Shown here in pieces: positions 22,974 through 34,984 of a DNA stretch of 64,000 nucleotides (within the stretch, counting starts at the first letter, position 1; every line of letters begins with the position of its first letter). The DNA comes from an uncultured Wenzhouxiangellaceae bacterium. GTDB taxonomy: Bacteria; Pseudomonadota; Gammaproteobacteria; Xanthomonadales; SZUA-36. The notes under the pieces are model-generated. The model had not been told where the DNA came from, searched no databases, and saw nothing but the letters and a program-made list of their open reading frames with translations. The stretch is from NCBI GenBank assembly GCA_964443145.1, contig CAYUBS010000002.1, forward strand, positions 10,440 to 74,439. The letters are read 5' to 3'. The translations under genes were made by a program, and so were the position numbers.

Positions 22974-23996
22974 TCAGGGCAGAAGGTAAAAACCGAGGCC
23001 GTCTTCGTCAGCCGCCAGAACCTGCCCATTGAGCAGGGCATCATCCAGGTATTGGGGCAGCGCGTTCAACTCCAGCATGAAGGTGACGGTACCTGCCTTG
23101 GCAGACCGGACCGAAACCCGGTTAACGACATTGAGCTGTTGCAGATAGCCCAGGCAGCGACTGTAATCATCCGCACCCGCCAACCCGGCAATTTCCAGTG
23201 GGTGCATCCAGCTACCGAGGTCGGTCGCCGCGATGGTATTAGCCGCTGCAACCTGGTCTACGGCCTGCTGCATACTTTCAGCCAGTGCAGCCTGCAATTC
23301 GATGTTCTGGACCCGCCAGGTGGTGCTTTTCCCACGGTACGTCAGGTTGCTACGAACGTTCCATTCGGGCCCTTCACGACGCGCCGCCGAAATCATTGCT
23401 CCAATGCCCTGGCCAACCTGTAAATCCTCCGTGTAGCCACCCCATAGCAATTGGGCGTCCACCATGTAGAGGCCATCAGCATCCGGGCTGGGCCAGTTGA
23501 CCGGCAAGCCGCGACTGGCAGCGACTTCACCCATAGCTTCCCATGCATAGGCAAACTCAACCGGCATGACCTGCCGGTCCAGGCCATTGTCGATAACCAC
23601 CCACGCATTCACGGGGTCGCGCCGCGGTGGCCACAGGGGTAACTGTAAGGAGCGTGCCAGTTCATCGACCTGGTCGCTTGAAAAAGTCGCGACCAGTCGA
23701 AGTTCCTCACCGTCGTTGCCATCAGCCAGCTTTATTTCAGCATTCCGGTAATAGAAAGAGAGCACGATCGAAGAAGCACTTGCAAGCGCAGTGTCCAGTT
23801 GCGGGTACGCCGTAAAATCCCTCAGGCCGCTGTATTTTTCAAATACATGCTTGAGCGCAAGCGGGAGTGCACGCCTGCGGTCAGCGGCGTCCTTGCTGTC
23901 GACCACCGCCTCACCTGTATAGATTTCGACCGTGGCTGCCTCGCTGCTGGTAAAAGGCAGCAAAGTGAGCAGTAAAATCAGGATCAATGTTCTCAT
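22974..23996 (-). CDS. Secreted DUF2066-like protein (function unknown)
   Basis: 340-aa ORF with a Sec signal (LLLTLLPFTSSEA). It occupies the conserved slot divergent from purM that a DUF2066 protein fills in Pseudomonas-like genomes. The family assignment rests on context and recollection, not a search. Confidence 0.55.
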   Translation of the reverse strand: MRTLILILLLTLLPFTSSEAATVEIYTGEAVVDSKDAADRRRALPLALKHVFEKYSGLRDFTAYPQLDTALASASSIVLSFYYRNAEIKLADGNDGEELRLVATFSSDQVDELARSLQLPLWPPRRDPVNAWVVIDNGLDRQVMPVEFAYAWEAMGEVAASRGLPVNWPSPDADGLYMVDAQLLWGGYTEDLQVGQGIGAMISAARREGPEWNVRSNLTYRGKSTTWRVQNIELQAALAESMQQAVDQVAAANTIAATDLGSWMHPLEIAGLAGADDYSRCLGYLQQLNVVNRVSVRSAKAGTVTFMLELNALPQYLDDALLNGQVLAADEDGLGFYLLP

Positions 23997-24077
23997 GGGG
24001 TACCGGGTGCAGGATCAATAAATAAGATAACATATGGCTCTTCCAGTCCGTAACGAAACTAGCAACCGGAACCCACT

Positions 24078-25142
24078 TTGAATAACACGACAAAAGCCAC
24101 TGAAAGCCTTTCCTACCGCGACGCCGGTGTTGATATTGACGCAGGCAACGAACTGGTCGAGCGCATCAAGCCGGCCGTTAAAAGCACTCTGCGCCCCGAA
24201 GTCCTCACCGGACTTGGCGGGTTTGGTGCCCTGTTCAACATGGACCTGCAAAAATGGCGGGAGCCCCTGCTGGTATCCGGGACCGACGGAGTCGGCACCA
24301 AGCTGATGCTCGCCCGGCAGCTGGGCAAGCATGACACTATTGGAATCGACCTGGTCGCCATGTGTGTCAACGACATCCTGACATGCGGTGCTGAACCGTT
24401 GTTTTTTCTCGACTATTTCGCCACCGGAAAACTCAACCTGGATGAGGCACAGGCGGTAGTCGAAGGAATCGCTCACGGTTGTCGTCTGGCAGGCTGCGCA
24501 CTGATTGGCGGTGAAACAGCTGAGATGCCCGGCATGTACGGCGAAGGCGAGTACGACCTGGCTGGATTCTCGGTCGGCGCTGTTGAACGATCCGAACTGC
24601 TTGACGGTAGCAGGATCGAGGCCGGCCACCGCATCCTGGGACTGGCATCCAGCGGCCCCCATTCCAACGGTTATTCGCTGATCCGAAAAGTCATCGAACA
24701 CGCAGGCGCCGACCTTGCTGCAACACTCACTGAATCATCAGGCGAAGTGGTGAAACTCGGTGACGCACTGCTTGCGCCAACGACCATCTACGTGAAGCCC
24801 GTGCTCAAGCTGCTGAAAAGCACCCGCATTGACGGCCTTGCACATATAACAGGCGGCGGACTGACCGAAAACATCATCCGTGTTTTACCGGATGGAGTCG
24901 GCATAGAAATTTCCACCGAAAGCTGGACTCGGCCCGCTGTCTTTTCCTGGTTGCAGGAAAACGGTTCGATCACTGACGCCGAAATGCTGCGGACATTCAA
25001 TTGCGGAATCGGCATGGTCATGATTGTGCCTGATGCCGAGGCTGAAACCGTATCTTCGCTGGCCAAAAAGGAAGGCCTGACCAGCTTTGATATCGGTTCC
25101 GTGGTTACCACCAGCGACGATTCCCGGGTACGTTATCTTTGA
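24078..25142 (+). CDS. purM: Phosphoribosylformylglycinamidine cyclo-ligase (AIR synthetase)
   Basis: 354-aa ORF with the PurM signature ([32 protein letters not shown]). Confidence 0.96.
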   Translation: MNNTTKATESLSYRDAGVDIDAGNELVERIKPAVKSTLRPEVLTGLGGFGALFNMDLQKWREPLLVSGTDGVGTKLMLARQLGKHDTIGIDLVAMCVNDILTCGAEPLFFLDYFATGKLNLDEAQAVVEGIAHGCRLAGCALIGGETAEMPGMYGEGEYDLAGFSVGAVERSELLDGSRIEAGHRILGLASSGPHSNGYSLIRKVIEHAGADLAATLTESSGEVVKLGDALLAPTTIYVKPVLKLLKSTRIDGLAHITGGGLTENIIRVLPDGVGIEISTESWTRPAVFSWLQENGSITDAEMLRTFNCGIGMVMIVPDAEAETVSSLAKKEGLTSFDIGSVVTTSDDSRVRYL

Positions 25143-25807
25143 AGAGTCGCCCGCTGAAATTAGCCGTCCTGATTTCGGGCTCCGGCAGCAACCTGCAGGC
25201 GCTGATTGATGCACAGCAATCAGGCCGTCTGAATGTAGAAATCGGTCATGTAATCAGTAACGTGGCCGGAGCACTCGGCCTGGAACGCGCCGCAAAAGCC
25301 GGAATCAACATCAGTGTGCTGGAACACGGTGGGTTTGCCAGCCGCGCCGAGTTCGATCATGCACTGGCACTGCTGGTCGCGGCTGGTAAGCCCGACCTGG
25401 TCGTTCTAGCCGGCTTTATGCGCATCATCGGATCAAACCTGCTGGAACCGTTCGAGGGCAGGATGATCAATCTGCACCCATCGCTACTACCGCTATACCG
25501 GGGTACCCAAACCTACCATCGGGCGATCGACGCCGGTGACCGGCAGCACGGAGCCAGCATTCACTTCGTCACTGAAGAACTCGACGGCGGCCCGGTAATC
25601 TCCCAGGTAGTGATACCTATCCTGGCAGAGGACAGCCCGGAAAGCCTGGCATCACGTTTGTCGCCGATGGAACACAGCCTGTTGGTGGCTACGGTTGAAT
25701 TCCTGGCCGGACACGAGGTCGAATGCAACACCGGCTCAGTCATCATTGACGGCACGAAAGCTGCCGTTCCGTTGCAACTTCAAACTGATGGCAGGCTTCA
25801 CCCTTAA
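25139..25807 (+). CDS. purN: Phosphoribosylglycinamide formyltransferase
   Basis: 222-aa ORF ([29 protein letters not shown]). The apparent TTG start overlaps the purM stop. Confidence 0.93.
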   Translation: MKSRPLKLAVLISGSGSNLQALIDAQQSGRLNVEIGHVISNVAGALGLERAAKAGINISVLEHGGFASRAEFDHALALLVAAGKPDLVVLAGFMRIIGSNLLEPFEGRMINLHPSLLPLYRGTQTYHRAIDAGDRQHGASIHFVTEELDGGPVISQVVIPILAEDSPESLASRLSPMEHSLLVATVEFLAGHEVECNTGSVIIDGTKAAVPLQLQTDGRLHP

Positions 25808-25825
25808 CTACAAAGGCGGCGCGAC

Positions 25826-27394
25826 ATGAACCTGAAAAAACTGCTTCTTTCACTAATTGTGGCAGCGTTCGGGCTGTCTGCCTGTTCCGTCAACCCGGTG
25901 ACCGGGGATCGTAATTTCCAAATCTACGGGACCGACTGGGAGCAGCAGGTTGGCAACCAGATGTATGCTCCGATGAAACAATCGCAGGGCGGCGAGTTCA
26001 TCCTCGACCCGGAACTGACGACCTATGTTCAGGGAGTGGGCAAGCGCCTGGCGAACCAGGCCCGCCGAAAGTCAGAGCTGGACTACGAATTCAGTATCCT
26101 CAATAACTCGACGCCGAATGCCTGGGCCCTGCCCGGCGGCAAAATCGTGATCAACCGGGGCCTGCTGATCCAGCTCGATTCAGAAGCCGAACTGGCCGCC
26201 GTGCTGGGACATGAAATCGTTCACTCAGACGCAGCACACGGCGCGCGCGCGCAATCCAAGGGAGCGCTGACACAAGCGGGTGCGGTCATTAGCATGGTCA
26301 TCCTCGGCAGCACGATTGATTCGCAGGCGGCACGTGAAGTGGCCATGATGGTGCCCGCACTCGGCAGCCAGTTACTGAACCAGAAATACGGCCGGGACGC
26401 GGAACGGGAGTCCGATGAATACGGCATGATTTACATGTCCGAAGCGGGCTATAACCCAAGAGGCGCCATTGAACTGCAGGAAACCTTCGTCGAAATCTCA
26501 AAAGAGCGGGACACTGACTGGATAAGCGGCCTTTTCGCTTCTCACCCGCCCTCGATGGGGCGCGTCGAGAATAACCGCGAGACCGCCCTCACCTTGCCGG
26601 AAGGTGGTGAAATGGGCCGGGAACGTTACCGGGAGAAAATCGCTTACCTGAAACGCGTGCAGCCCGCTTACGATGCCTACGATGAAGCAAAAAAGGCCGT
26701 CGCAGACGATAACGCGAGCCTGGCCCAGGAGAAACTGAATAAAGCGCTGGCAATGGAACCCAGGGAGTCGTTGTTTCATGACCTGCAGGGTGATCTTTAC
26801 GCGCTGGATGACCGTGACAAGCGGGCCCTTAGCTCTTATCAGAAAGCCATCCGTGCCAACCCCGATTTTTTCTACGGTTACCTGCGCGCGGGACAGATGC
26901 AGTACGCGCTCAACCAGACCACCCCGTCCCGTAGCAGTCTGGATAAGAGCCTGGAACTGATGCCTACGGCCGAGGCACACTACCTGCTGGGCATGTTGGA
27001 TAAGCGACAGGGCAATATGAGTACCGCCCTGGAGCATTTCCAGACGGCCGCCCAGTCCGAGTCTGAAACCAGCAATAAGGCAACCCGGGAACTGGTCCTT
27101 CTGGACCTGCAAAACAACCCCTCGAAATACGTAGGATCCCGTGCGGTCGTTGACCGCGACAACCAGGTCTGGGTTCAGTTTGGAAACCTCACACGGGTAC
27201 CCATCAGAAATATTGTCATCAGCTACGCCTGGCTTGATAGCCAGGGGCAGACCCGGCAAAACAAGAAAACCTACCGCGGGCCACTAGCCGGAGGCGCTCA
27301 GGACCAGATGGCACTGGGCATTACGATCCCTGACCCCAATGAGCTCAATCGCAGGGTCAGCGTCGAGGTGATCGGCGCCCGCGTCGTAAATTAA
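25826..27394 (+). CDS. M48-family zinc metalloprotease with TPR repeats (BepA/YfgC-like), lipoprotein
   Basis: 522-aa ORF with a lipobox (FGLSAC) and an HEIVH zinc motif with downstream E (ESDEYG). TPR-like repeats follow (roughly aa 300-420), then about 100 extra C-terminal residues. Confidence 0.8.
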   Translation: MNLKKLLLSLIVAAFGLSACSVNPVTGDRNFQIYGTDWEQQVGNQMYAPMKQSQGGEFILDPELTTYVQGVGKRLANQARRKSELDYEFSILNNSTPNAWALPGGKIVINRGLLIQLDSEAELAAVLGHEIVHSDAAHGARAQSKGALTQAGAVISMVILGSTIDSQAAREVAMMVPALGSQLLNQKYGRDAERESDEYGMIYMSEAGYNPRGAIELQETFVEISKERDTDWISGLFASHPPSMGRVENNRETALTLPEGGEMGRERYREKIAYLKRVQPAYDAYDEAKKAVADDNASLAQEKLNKALAMEPRESLFHDLQGDLYALDDRDKRALSSYQKAIRANPDFFYGYLRAGQMQYALNQTTPSRSSLDKSLELMPTAEAHYLLGMLDKRQGNMSTALEHFQTAAQSESETSNKATRELVLLDLQNNPSKYVGSRAVVDRDNQVWVQFGNLTRVPIRNIVISYAWLDSQGQTRQNKKTYRGPLAGGAQDQMALGITIPDPNELNRRVSVEVIGARVVN

Positions 27395-27400
27395 GCTGAC

Positions 27401-28901
<1,501 letters not shown>

Positions 28902-29001
28902 AGACTATGCTTCCTCTTCTCCTGATTACTTCTGCTGTACTACTGCAGACGCCCGACATCATAATGGAACAGGAACCGATACTGAAAGAGAATTGCGCCA
29001 T

Positions 29002-29991
29002 ATGCTGATTTCCATCGCGCAACTGGCGGGAGGATTTATCCTGCTGGTCTGGGGTGCAGACCGTCTGGTGGCGGGTGCGTCGGCGCTGGCTCGCAACCTG
29101 GGCGTATCGCCGTTGATCATCGGCCTGACCATTGTCGCCTTCGGAACTTCCGCCCCTGAACTGGTGGTTTCCGGCGTCGCTGCATCCCGCGGCAACCCTG
29201 GCCTCGCGGTGGGCAATGCGATCGGCTCCAACATTGCCAATATCGGGATGATACTTGGCCTGACTGCCATTGTTTACCCACTGAGAGTGGAATCGGAAAC
29301 ACTCAAGCGCGAATACCCCCTGCTGATGCTGATCATGATCGCCGCCCTGATCATGGCCGCCGACTTCTTATATGACCGCACCGAAGGCTGGCTGCTGCTG
29401 GCCGGCCTGGTCGCACTGATCATCTGGATGATCCGCTACGGTCTGCGACTTGGCACGGGCGACCCTCTTGCCGACGAATTTGCCGCCGAAATACCTAGCA
29501 ATATGCCAACAAAGACCGCTGTTTTCTGGCTTGTGGTAGGTCTGATTATCCTGCCGGTCAGTTCGAAATTCCTGGTTGACGGCGCAATTTTCATCGCCCG
29601 CAGCCTGGAAGTATCCGAGGCAGTCATCGGTCTGACCATCATGGCGTTCGGCACCAGTCTGCCGGAGTTGGCAGCGGCGTTAACCAGCGCACTGCGTGAA
29701 GAGGATGACCTCGCCATCGGAAACGTCATCGGCTCAAACATGTTCAATATTCTGGGCGTGTTGGGGATTGCCGCTGTCATCAAACCAGTGGATGTCGATG
29801 TAATGATGCTAAAGCAGGATTTCCCGGTCATGTTCCTGTTTACCATGCTGCTGTTTTTCATGGCCTACGGGATCCAGGGGCCGGGCCGGATCAGTCGAAA
29901 ATCCGGGATCTTGTTGCTCTCCATGTTTGTGGCATACCAGATCCTCGTTTGGGTCACCGCCGGGCGCGTTGCGCCAGAGGTTACAGGATGA
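29002..29991 (+). CDS. yrbG: CaCA-family cation/Ca2+ exchanger (YrbG-like)
   Basis: Membrane protein with two alpha-repeat motifs (GTSAPEL and GTSLPEL). The start is taken at MLISIAQLAGG (ATG 29002). The ORF-track start at 28774 would overlap ibaG on the opposite strand. Confidence 0.88.
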   Translation: MLISIAQLAGGFILLVWGADRLVAGASALARNLGVSPLIIGLTIVAFGTSAPELVVSGVAASRGNPGLAVGNAIGSNIANIGMILGLTAIVYPLRVESETLKREYPLLMLIMIAALIMAADFLYDRTEGWLLLAGLVALIIWMIRYGLRLGTGDPLADEFAAEIPSNMPTKTAVFWLVVGLIILPVSSKFLVDGAIFIARSLEVSEAVIGLTIMAFGTSLPELAAALTSALREEDDLAIGNVIGSNMFNILGVLGIAAVIKPVDVDVMMLKQDFPVMFLFTMLLFFMAYGIQGPGRISRKSGILLLSMFVAYQILVWVTAGRVAPEVTG

Positions 29992-30959
29992 ACAGGAATG
30001 CCATTCAAGCGCTTGCAAAGGCTGTCATCGAGACGCAGGCCGGCGCCATTACCGGACTATTACAGCGAATCGACGATGACTTCATTGAAGCCTGCACGTA
30101 CCTGCTGGAGTGCAGTGGTCGCGTAGTCGTCATCGGCATGGGAAAATCAGGCCACATCGGCAGCAAAATTGCCGCAACCATGGCCAGCACCGGAACACCG
30201 GCTTTTTTCGTTCACCCGGCAGAAGCCAGTCACGGCGATCTGGGCATGATCAAGTCGCGCGATGTCGTACTTGCCCTGTCCAGTTCCGGTGAGACCGATG
30301 AAGTGAACATCATCCTTCCGGTTCTGAAACGCATCGGCGTTAGAATCGTAGCGATGACGGGCAACCCGGCTTCAACTCTGGCAAAGCACGCAGATGTACA
30401 CCTCAACGTTGGCGTTGAGAAAGAGGCCTGCCCGCTGGGTCTGGCACCGACCTCGAGCACCACAGCAGCGCTGGTCATGGGTGATACGTTGGCAATTTCC
30501 CTGCTGGAAACGCGAGGCTTCAGCCGTGAGGATTTCGCCTTGTCGCATCCAGCCGGACAACTGGGCAAACGCCTGCTGCTCCATATCCGTGACATCATGC
30601 ATACCGGCGATGCAATCCCCCGTGTTCAACATGACGCACCGATCAGCCAGGCGATCATGGAAATGACCGCCAAGCGCCTGGGTATGACTGCGGTGCTGGA
30701 TTTCGAGGGCCATGTAACAGGGATTTTCACGGACGGCGACCTGCGCCGCACGCTGGACTCAGGCCTGGATCCGCATGTGACCCCGGTCAGTGACGTCATG
30801 ACCACAGGTGGACAGCATATCGCGCCGGGCGCGCTGGCCATGGAAGCCATGCAAATGATGCAGCAATTCTCCATCCAGGGCATCCTGGTAATTGACGAAG
30901 ATAACAGTCTGGTGGGTGCACTGAACTTCCAGGACCTGTTGCAGGCCGGAGTGATCTGA
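29988..30959 (+). CDS. kdsD: Arabinose-5-phosphate isomerase
   Basis: SIS domain (GMGKSGHIGSKIAATMASTGTPAFFVHP) plus tandem CBS domains. The ATG at 29988 overlaps the yrbG stop (ATGA). It occupies the conserved yrbG-kdsD-kdsC position. Confidence 0.93.
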   Translation: MNRNAIQALAKAVIETQAGAITGLLQRIDDDFIEACTYLLECSGRVVVIGMGKSGHIGSKIAATMASTGTPAFFVHPAEASHGDLGMIKSRDVVLALSSSGETDEVNIILPVLKRIGVRIVAMTGNPASTLAKHADVHLNVGVEKEACPLGLAPTSSTTAALVMGDTLAISLLETRGFSREDFALSHPAGQLGKRLLLHIRDIMHTGDAIPRVQHDAPISQAIMEMTAKRLGMTAVLDFEGHVTGIFTDGDLRRTLDSGLDPHVTPVSDVMTTGGQHIAPGALAMEAMQMMQQFSIQGILVIDEDNSLVGALNFQDLLQAGVI

Positions 30960-31514
30960 ATGTCTGTTATCGATATTTCCGGAATAGACGACCTGCTGCT
31001 AGAAAGAGCAGCGCGTATCAACATGCTGGTGCTGGACGTAGACGGCGTACTGACCGACGGCAGGCTGTACTTCGACAACCGGGGAAACGAGATGAAGGCA
31101 TTCAGCACGCGTGACGGGCTGGGCCTGAAAGCTCTGCAAAGCCAGGGTATCCAGTTGGCCCTGATCACCGGCAGGCAATCGGAGATCGTAGCGCAGAGGG
31201 CTGCACAGCTCGGCATCACCCAGGTCTACCAGGGCCGCAACGACAAACTGAACGCTTTCCACGAATTGCTTTCTGATACCGGTATGGATGAACAGAATAT
31301 CTGCTACGCCGGTGATGACTGGATCGATCTTCCTGTGCTCGAGCGGGTTGGCCTTGCCGTGACCGTGGCAGATGCTGACGCCGTCGTTAAGAATCGCGTG
31401 CACTGGGTAACCTCGCTCAAAGGAGGCCGCGGCGCCGTTCGCGAAGTATGTGACCTCATTCTGGCTGCCCGCGGACTGGACCAGGCCGTACTCGATGGAA
31501 TCCTGAACCAGTGA
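30960..31514 (+). CDS. kdsC: 3-deoxy-D-manno-octulosonate 8-phosphate phosphatase
   Basis: 184-aa HAD-family ORF (LVLDVDGVLTDG, YAGDDWIDLP) in the conserved position. Confidence 0.92.
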   Translation: MSVIDISGIDDLLLERAARINMLVLDVDGVLTDGRLYFDNRGNEMKAFSTRDGLGLKALQSQGIQLALITGRQSEIVAQRAAQLGITQVYQGRNDKLNAFHELLSDTGMDEQNICYAGDDWIDLPVLERVGLAVTVADADAVVKNRVHWVTSLKGGRGAVREVCDLILAARGLDQAVLDGILNQ

Positions 31515-32074
31515 TTCGGCGTCGAACCCGGCACGGAATACTGCTGCTGGCCATGCTGGCCGCATTAACCTTCTACCTGTCAAATGACCAGGTGGATGCA
31601 CCGGCGGCGCCGTCCGGCATGCTGGATACCCGGTTGAACTACGCATTGTATGATTTTGAGGGACGTTTGCTGGACGTAAACGGCGCGATTAATATTGAAA
31701 TGACGGCACCGGTTTTGCGCAGCAACGCGCAGAGCGGAGTCGGCACGGTCGAACAGGCCGAAATACGGATTCTTCAGGAAGATGAACGGTGGTACATTAG
31801 GGCAGAGTCTGCAATCATCACCGCGAATCGCGAACACGTTTCCATGATCGGTGATGTCTACCTCACCCGGAGAAACGAAGTTACCGGAAAACTACTGGAA
31901 ATTGAAACCAAGGACGTTATGTTGAATGTGACGCCCCGGACAGCAAGTACCGACGCTGGAGTCAGTATCTGGCAGGAAAACGACCGGCTGGATGCGACAG
32001 GAATGTATCTCGACATGGTATCCAACAGTTTTGAACTTTTTGAGGACGTAAAGGCGCACTATGAAACTCCATAA
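31511..32074 (+). CDS. lptC: LPS export system protein LptC
   Basis: 187-aa ORF with one N-terminal TM anchor followed by a beta-jellyroll-like region. The GTG start overlaps the kdsC stop. It occupies the conserved kdsC-lptC-lptA-lptB position. Confidence 0.85.
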   Translation: MIRRRTRHGILLLAMLAALTFYLSNDQVDAPAAPSGMLDTRLNYALYDFEGRLLDVNGAINIEMTAPVLRSNAQSGVGTVEQAEIRILQEDERWYIRAESAIITANREHVSMIGDVYLTRRNEVTGKLLEIETKDVMLNVTPRTASTDAGVSIWQENDRLDATGMYLDMVSNSFELFEDVKAHYETP

Positions 32075-32651
32075 GCGGTTACTAATGACAGCGGCGACAC
32101 TGTTGCTCGTAATTCCCGGCGCATTACCCGCGCTCGAGACTGACCGCCAGCAACCATTGGAAGTGAACGCCGACTCAACCGATGGAACCCTGGGCGACGG
32201 CATTGCCACGCTGAAGGGTAACGTGGAAATCCGCCAGGGCACATTGCTGATCCGGGCGGACATTGCCGAGGTTGAGAAAGCTGAAGGCAAAGTGCGGAAA
32301 ATCGAGCTGAACGGCAACCCGGTGCACCTGCAGCAGGAAATTGAGGAAGAAGGGCTGGTCAGCGCCGAGGCCCGCAAACTCGAATACATGGTCGCCACGG
32401 GAATCGTCACGCTCAGCGGTGCAGCAGATGTTGTTCACCCACAATACAACATCAGCGGCGAGGTACTTGAGTACGACATGAATGCCCAGCATTTCAAGGG
32501 CAGTGGTGGCGACAGTAACGGCCGTATCCGGATCCGGATGGAGCCCGAAGTGGTGCCGGACAGTCCGCAGATAGGCGGGAACCACGAAGCAGAAGAGTCC
32601 GGCAGTGAAAGTGAAGCCGTCAGCCCGGATGAAAACGGGGAAACAGGATAG
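32061..32651 (+). CDS. lptA: LPS transport periplasmic protein LptA
   Basis: 196-aa ORF with a signal peptide and an OstA-like N-terminal domain (QPLEVNADS...[15 protein letters not shown]), plus an acidic C-terminal tail. Confidence 0.9.
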   Translation: MKLHKRLLMTAATLLLVIPGALPALETDRQQPLEVNADSTDGTLGDGIATLKGNVEIRQGTLLIRADIAEVEKAEGKVRKIELNGNPVHLQQEIEEEGLVSAEARKLEYMVATGIVTLSGAADVVHPQYNISGEVLEYDMNAQHFKGSGGDSNGRIRIRMEPEVVPDSPQIGGNHEAEESGSESEAVSPDENGETG

Positions 32652-32655
32652 GCGA

Positions 32656-33375
32656 ATGCTTAAAGCAATAAACCTTCACAAGACCTTTGGCAAACGCGAG
32701 GTCGTTCGCGGCGTCACCATGCAGGTAGAGCCGGGCGAAGTCGTCGGCTTGCTGGGACCCAACGGTGCAGGGAAAACCACCTGCTTCTACATGATCGTGG
32801 GTCTGGTGCCGGTGGGTGACGGGCAAATCCTGGTAGATGATGAGGACGTAACACATGAGCCCGTCAACGTTCGCTCCGGACTCGGTGTGGGCTATCTCCC
32901 GCAGGATGCATCAATTTTCCGCAAGCTTTCGGTGGCCGATAACATCATGGCCATCCTGGAAATCCGCAAGGACCTCACCGCAGCGGAACGAACAGAGCAA
33001 CAACAGAAACTGCTGGAAGACCTCGGTATTGGGCACATCGCGGAGCAAAAAGGCATCAGCCTTTCAGGTGGCGAACGGCGCCGGGCTGAAATTGCCCGCG
33101 CACTGGCAGCCGGCCCCCGGTTTATCCTGCTGGACGAACCTTTTGCCGGGGTCGATCCCATATCTGTCATTGAAATTCAGAAAATCGTCGAACACCTGAC
33201 CGATTTAAACATCGGCGTGCTGATCACCGACCACAATGTGCGGGAAACGCTTGGGATTTGTGACCATGCTTATATCCTCAATGAGGGCCAGGTGCTGGCA
33301 GAAGGTAAACCGGAGACTATCATCGCCAATGATGAAGTGAGGCAAGTTTACCTGGGCAAGGATTTCAGCCTCTGA
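32656..33375 (+). CDS. lptB: LPS export ABC transporter ATP-binding protein LptB
   Basis: ABC ATPase ([29 protein letters not shown]). The start is taken at MLKAINLHK (ATG 32656). Confidence 0.95.
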   Translation: MLKAINLHKTFGKREVVRGVTMQVEPGEVVGLLGPNGAGKTTCFYMIVGLVPVGDGQILVDDEDVTHEPVNVRSGLGVGYLPQDASIFRKLSVADNIMAILEIRKDLTAAERTEQQQKLLEDLGIGHIAEQKGISLSGGERRRAEIARALAAGPRFILLDEPFAGVDPISVIEIQKIVEHLTDLNIGVLITDHNVRETLGICDHAYILNEGQVLAEGKPETIIANDEVRQVYLGKDFSL

Positions 33376-33382
33376 TCACAGC

Positions 33383-34798
33383 ATGGCTGAACCTTATCTA
33401 CAACTAAGACTCTCCCAAAAACTGGCGCTTGCGCCACAGTTACAGCAAGCCATTCGCCTGCTGCAACTGAATAGAATCGAACTTCGTGAATACATCCAGG
33501 ACGCACTGGACTCCAACCCCATTTTGGAACGCGAGGAGGGTGGCGAAGCGGAACCAGGCGGCGAACCCGAACAGGAAAGCAGCGAAAAAACCGAGGCCGC
33601 TGAACAACAGGACTGGGAGGTTGAAAGCCTCGGCGACGAACAATGGATGGAGAGTGGCCCATACGATAGCTTCTCCGGCGAATCCCAAATTGCCGACACC
33701 AGCAGCGACTCGTTACGCGAACACCTGCTTTGGCAGATTAACCTGTCGCACTTCAGCGATGAGGATGCCGCCATCGCTGAAGCCATTGTTTACGGGCTCG
33801 ATGAAGATGGCTATCTGCACGAAAGCATCGAGGACGTCAGGGCCAGCCTGGCGCCGGAACTGCTGGTCGAAGAAGACGAAATCCTGGCCGTACTGCACCG
33901 GGTCCAGAGACTGGAGCCGGTTGGTGTGGCCACCCGTAATGCGGCAGAATGCATCCGTGTTCAGCTATCTGCCCTGCCCTCCGATACGAAGACCCGCGAC
34001 CTCGCCCTGCGCATTTCAAAGGACTACCTGGAACTACTGGCCCGGCATGACCTGGATGAACTCAGGAAAAGAACGGGTGCCAGCGAGGAGGCCATCGAAG
34101 CAGCGATTGATTTAATCCAGTCGCTCGAGCCACGGCCTGGGTCACGCTATGACAACCGCCAGGATGAATACCTGGTGCCGGACGTTTACGCCACCCGGAT
34201 TGATGACGAATGGCGGGTGACGCTCAACCCGGAAAACGAGCCCGGGCTGAAACTGAACAATTACTACATAGGCCTGTTACGCAAGTCCGGCGGCAAGGAT
34301 GCAGACTACTTGCGCGGGCGGCTGCAGGAAGCTCGCTGGCTGATGTCCAGCCTGGAGCTCCGAAACCAGACGCTGATGCGCGTGTCGCAGAGTATCGTCG
34401 ACTTCCAGCAGGATTTTTTGGAAAAAGGCGAAATAGGAATGAAACCACTGGTTCTCAAGGAAATTTCCGAAGCGATCGGTGTGCACGAATCGACCGTATC
34501 CCGGGCAACGACCCGCAAATATATGCTCACACCGCGCGGGATATTCGAGCTCAAATATTTTTTCTCCAGCCACGTGCAAACAGACAACGGCGGAACCATC
34601 AGCGCGACGGCCGTGAAGGCCCACTTGCAGGTGCTACTGGACAAAGAACCGCCTGGCAGCCCGCTGAGTGACCAGGAGTTGTCGGAAATTCTGAGCCGGA
34701 CGGGAATACGCGCCGCCAGGAGAACAGTGGCCAAGTACCGTGAATCGCTTGGCATCGGCTCATCGAATGAACGCCGTCGCCTCTACCGGCCGGTATAG
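33383..34798 (+). CDS. rpoN: RNA polymerase sigma-54 factor
   Basis: 471-aa ORF with a Gln/Leu-rich region I, an acidic region II, and the RpoN box (ARRTVAKYR) near the C-terminus. Confidence 0.96.
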   Translation: MAEPYLQLRLSQKLALAPQLQQAIRLLQLNRIELREYIQDALDSNPILEREEGGEAEPGGEPEQESSEKTEAAEQQDWEVESLGDEQWMESGPYDSFSGESQIADTSSDSLREHLLWQINLSHFSDEDAAIAEAIVYGLDEDGYLHESIEDVRASLAPELLVEEDEILAVLHRVQRLEPVGVATRNAAECIRVQLSALPSDTKTRDLALRISKDYLELLARHDLDELRKRTGASEEAIEAAIDLIQSLEPRPGSRYDNRQDEYLVPDVYATRIDDEWRVTLNPENEPGLKLNNYYIGLLRKSGGKDADYLRGRLQEARWLMSSLELRNQTLMRVSQSIVDFQQDFLEKGEIGMKPLVLKEISEAIGVHESTVSRATTRKYMLTPRGIFELKYFFSSHVQTDNGGTISATAVKAHLQVLLDKEPPGSPLSDQELSEILSRTGIRAARRTVAKYRESLGIGSSNERRRLYRPV

Positions 34799-34860
34799 GG
34801 CAACCTTGAAATTGCCTTGTATGATCCGCATTATTGCTTTGACTAGGCAACCTTTGAAAT
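34796..34860. repeat. Imperfect 17-nt direct repeat in the rpoN-hpf spacer
   Basis: TAGGGCAACCTTGAAAT at 34796-34812 (begins with the rpoN stop codon) and TAGGCAACCTTTGAAAT at 34844-34860, read directly. Confidence 0.7.
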
Positions 34861-34984
34861 CAGGTATAAGATTAAGACATGGATCGTGTAATCCTTCTCG
34901 TTCTCACCCATCAAATAAGGCAAACGAAGCCCGGACTTCCGGTATCACGCCGGCTTGACTGGTGACCATAAAATGGAGATCAAC

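Noticed and set aside
24015-24701. 228-aa minus-strand ORF inside purM
   Set aside because: It is antisense to a canonical purM, a shadow ORF produced by high GC3. No family features.
26498-27259. 253-aa minus-strand ORF inside the M48 protease gene
   Set aside because: It is an antisense shadow ORF. The plus-strand frame carries the HExxH and TPR features.
28935-28948. LexA-box-like CTGTACTACTGCAG in the ibaG/yrbG divergent region
   Set aside because: It is 14 nt and lacks the CTGT-N8-ACAG architecture of gammaproteobacterial SOS boxes.
34799-34815. Sigma-54-like GG...GC element (GGCAACCTTGAAATTGC) just after rpoN
   Set aside because: The GG-to-GC spacing is about 3 nt longer than the strict -24/-12 geometry (TGGCAC-N5-TTGC), so it is unlikely to be a functional RpoN promoter.
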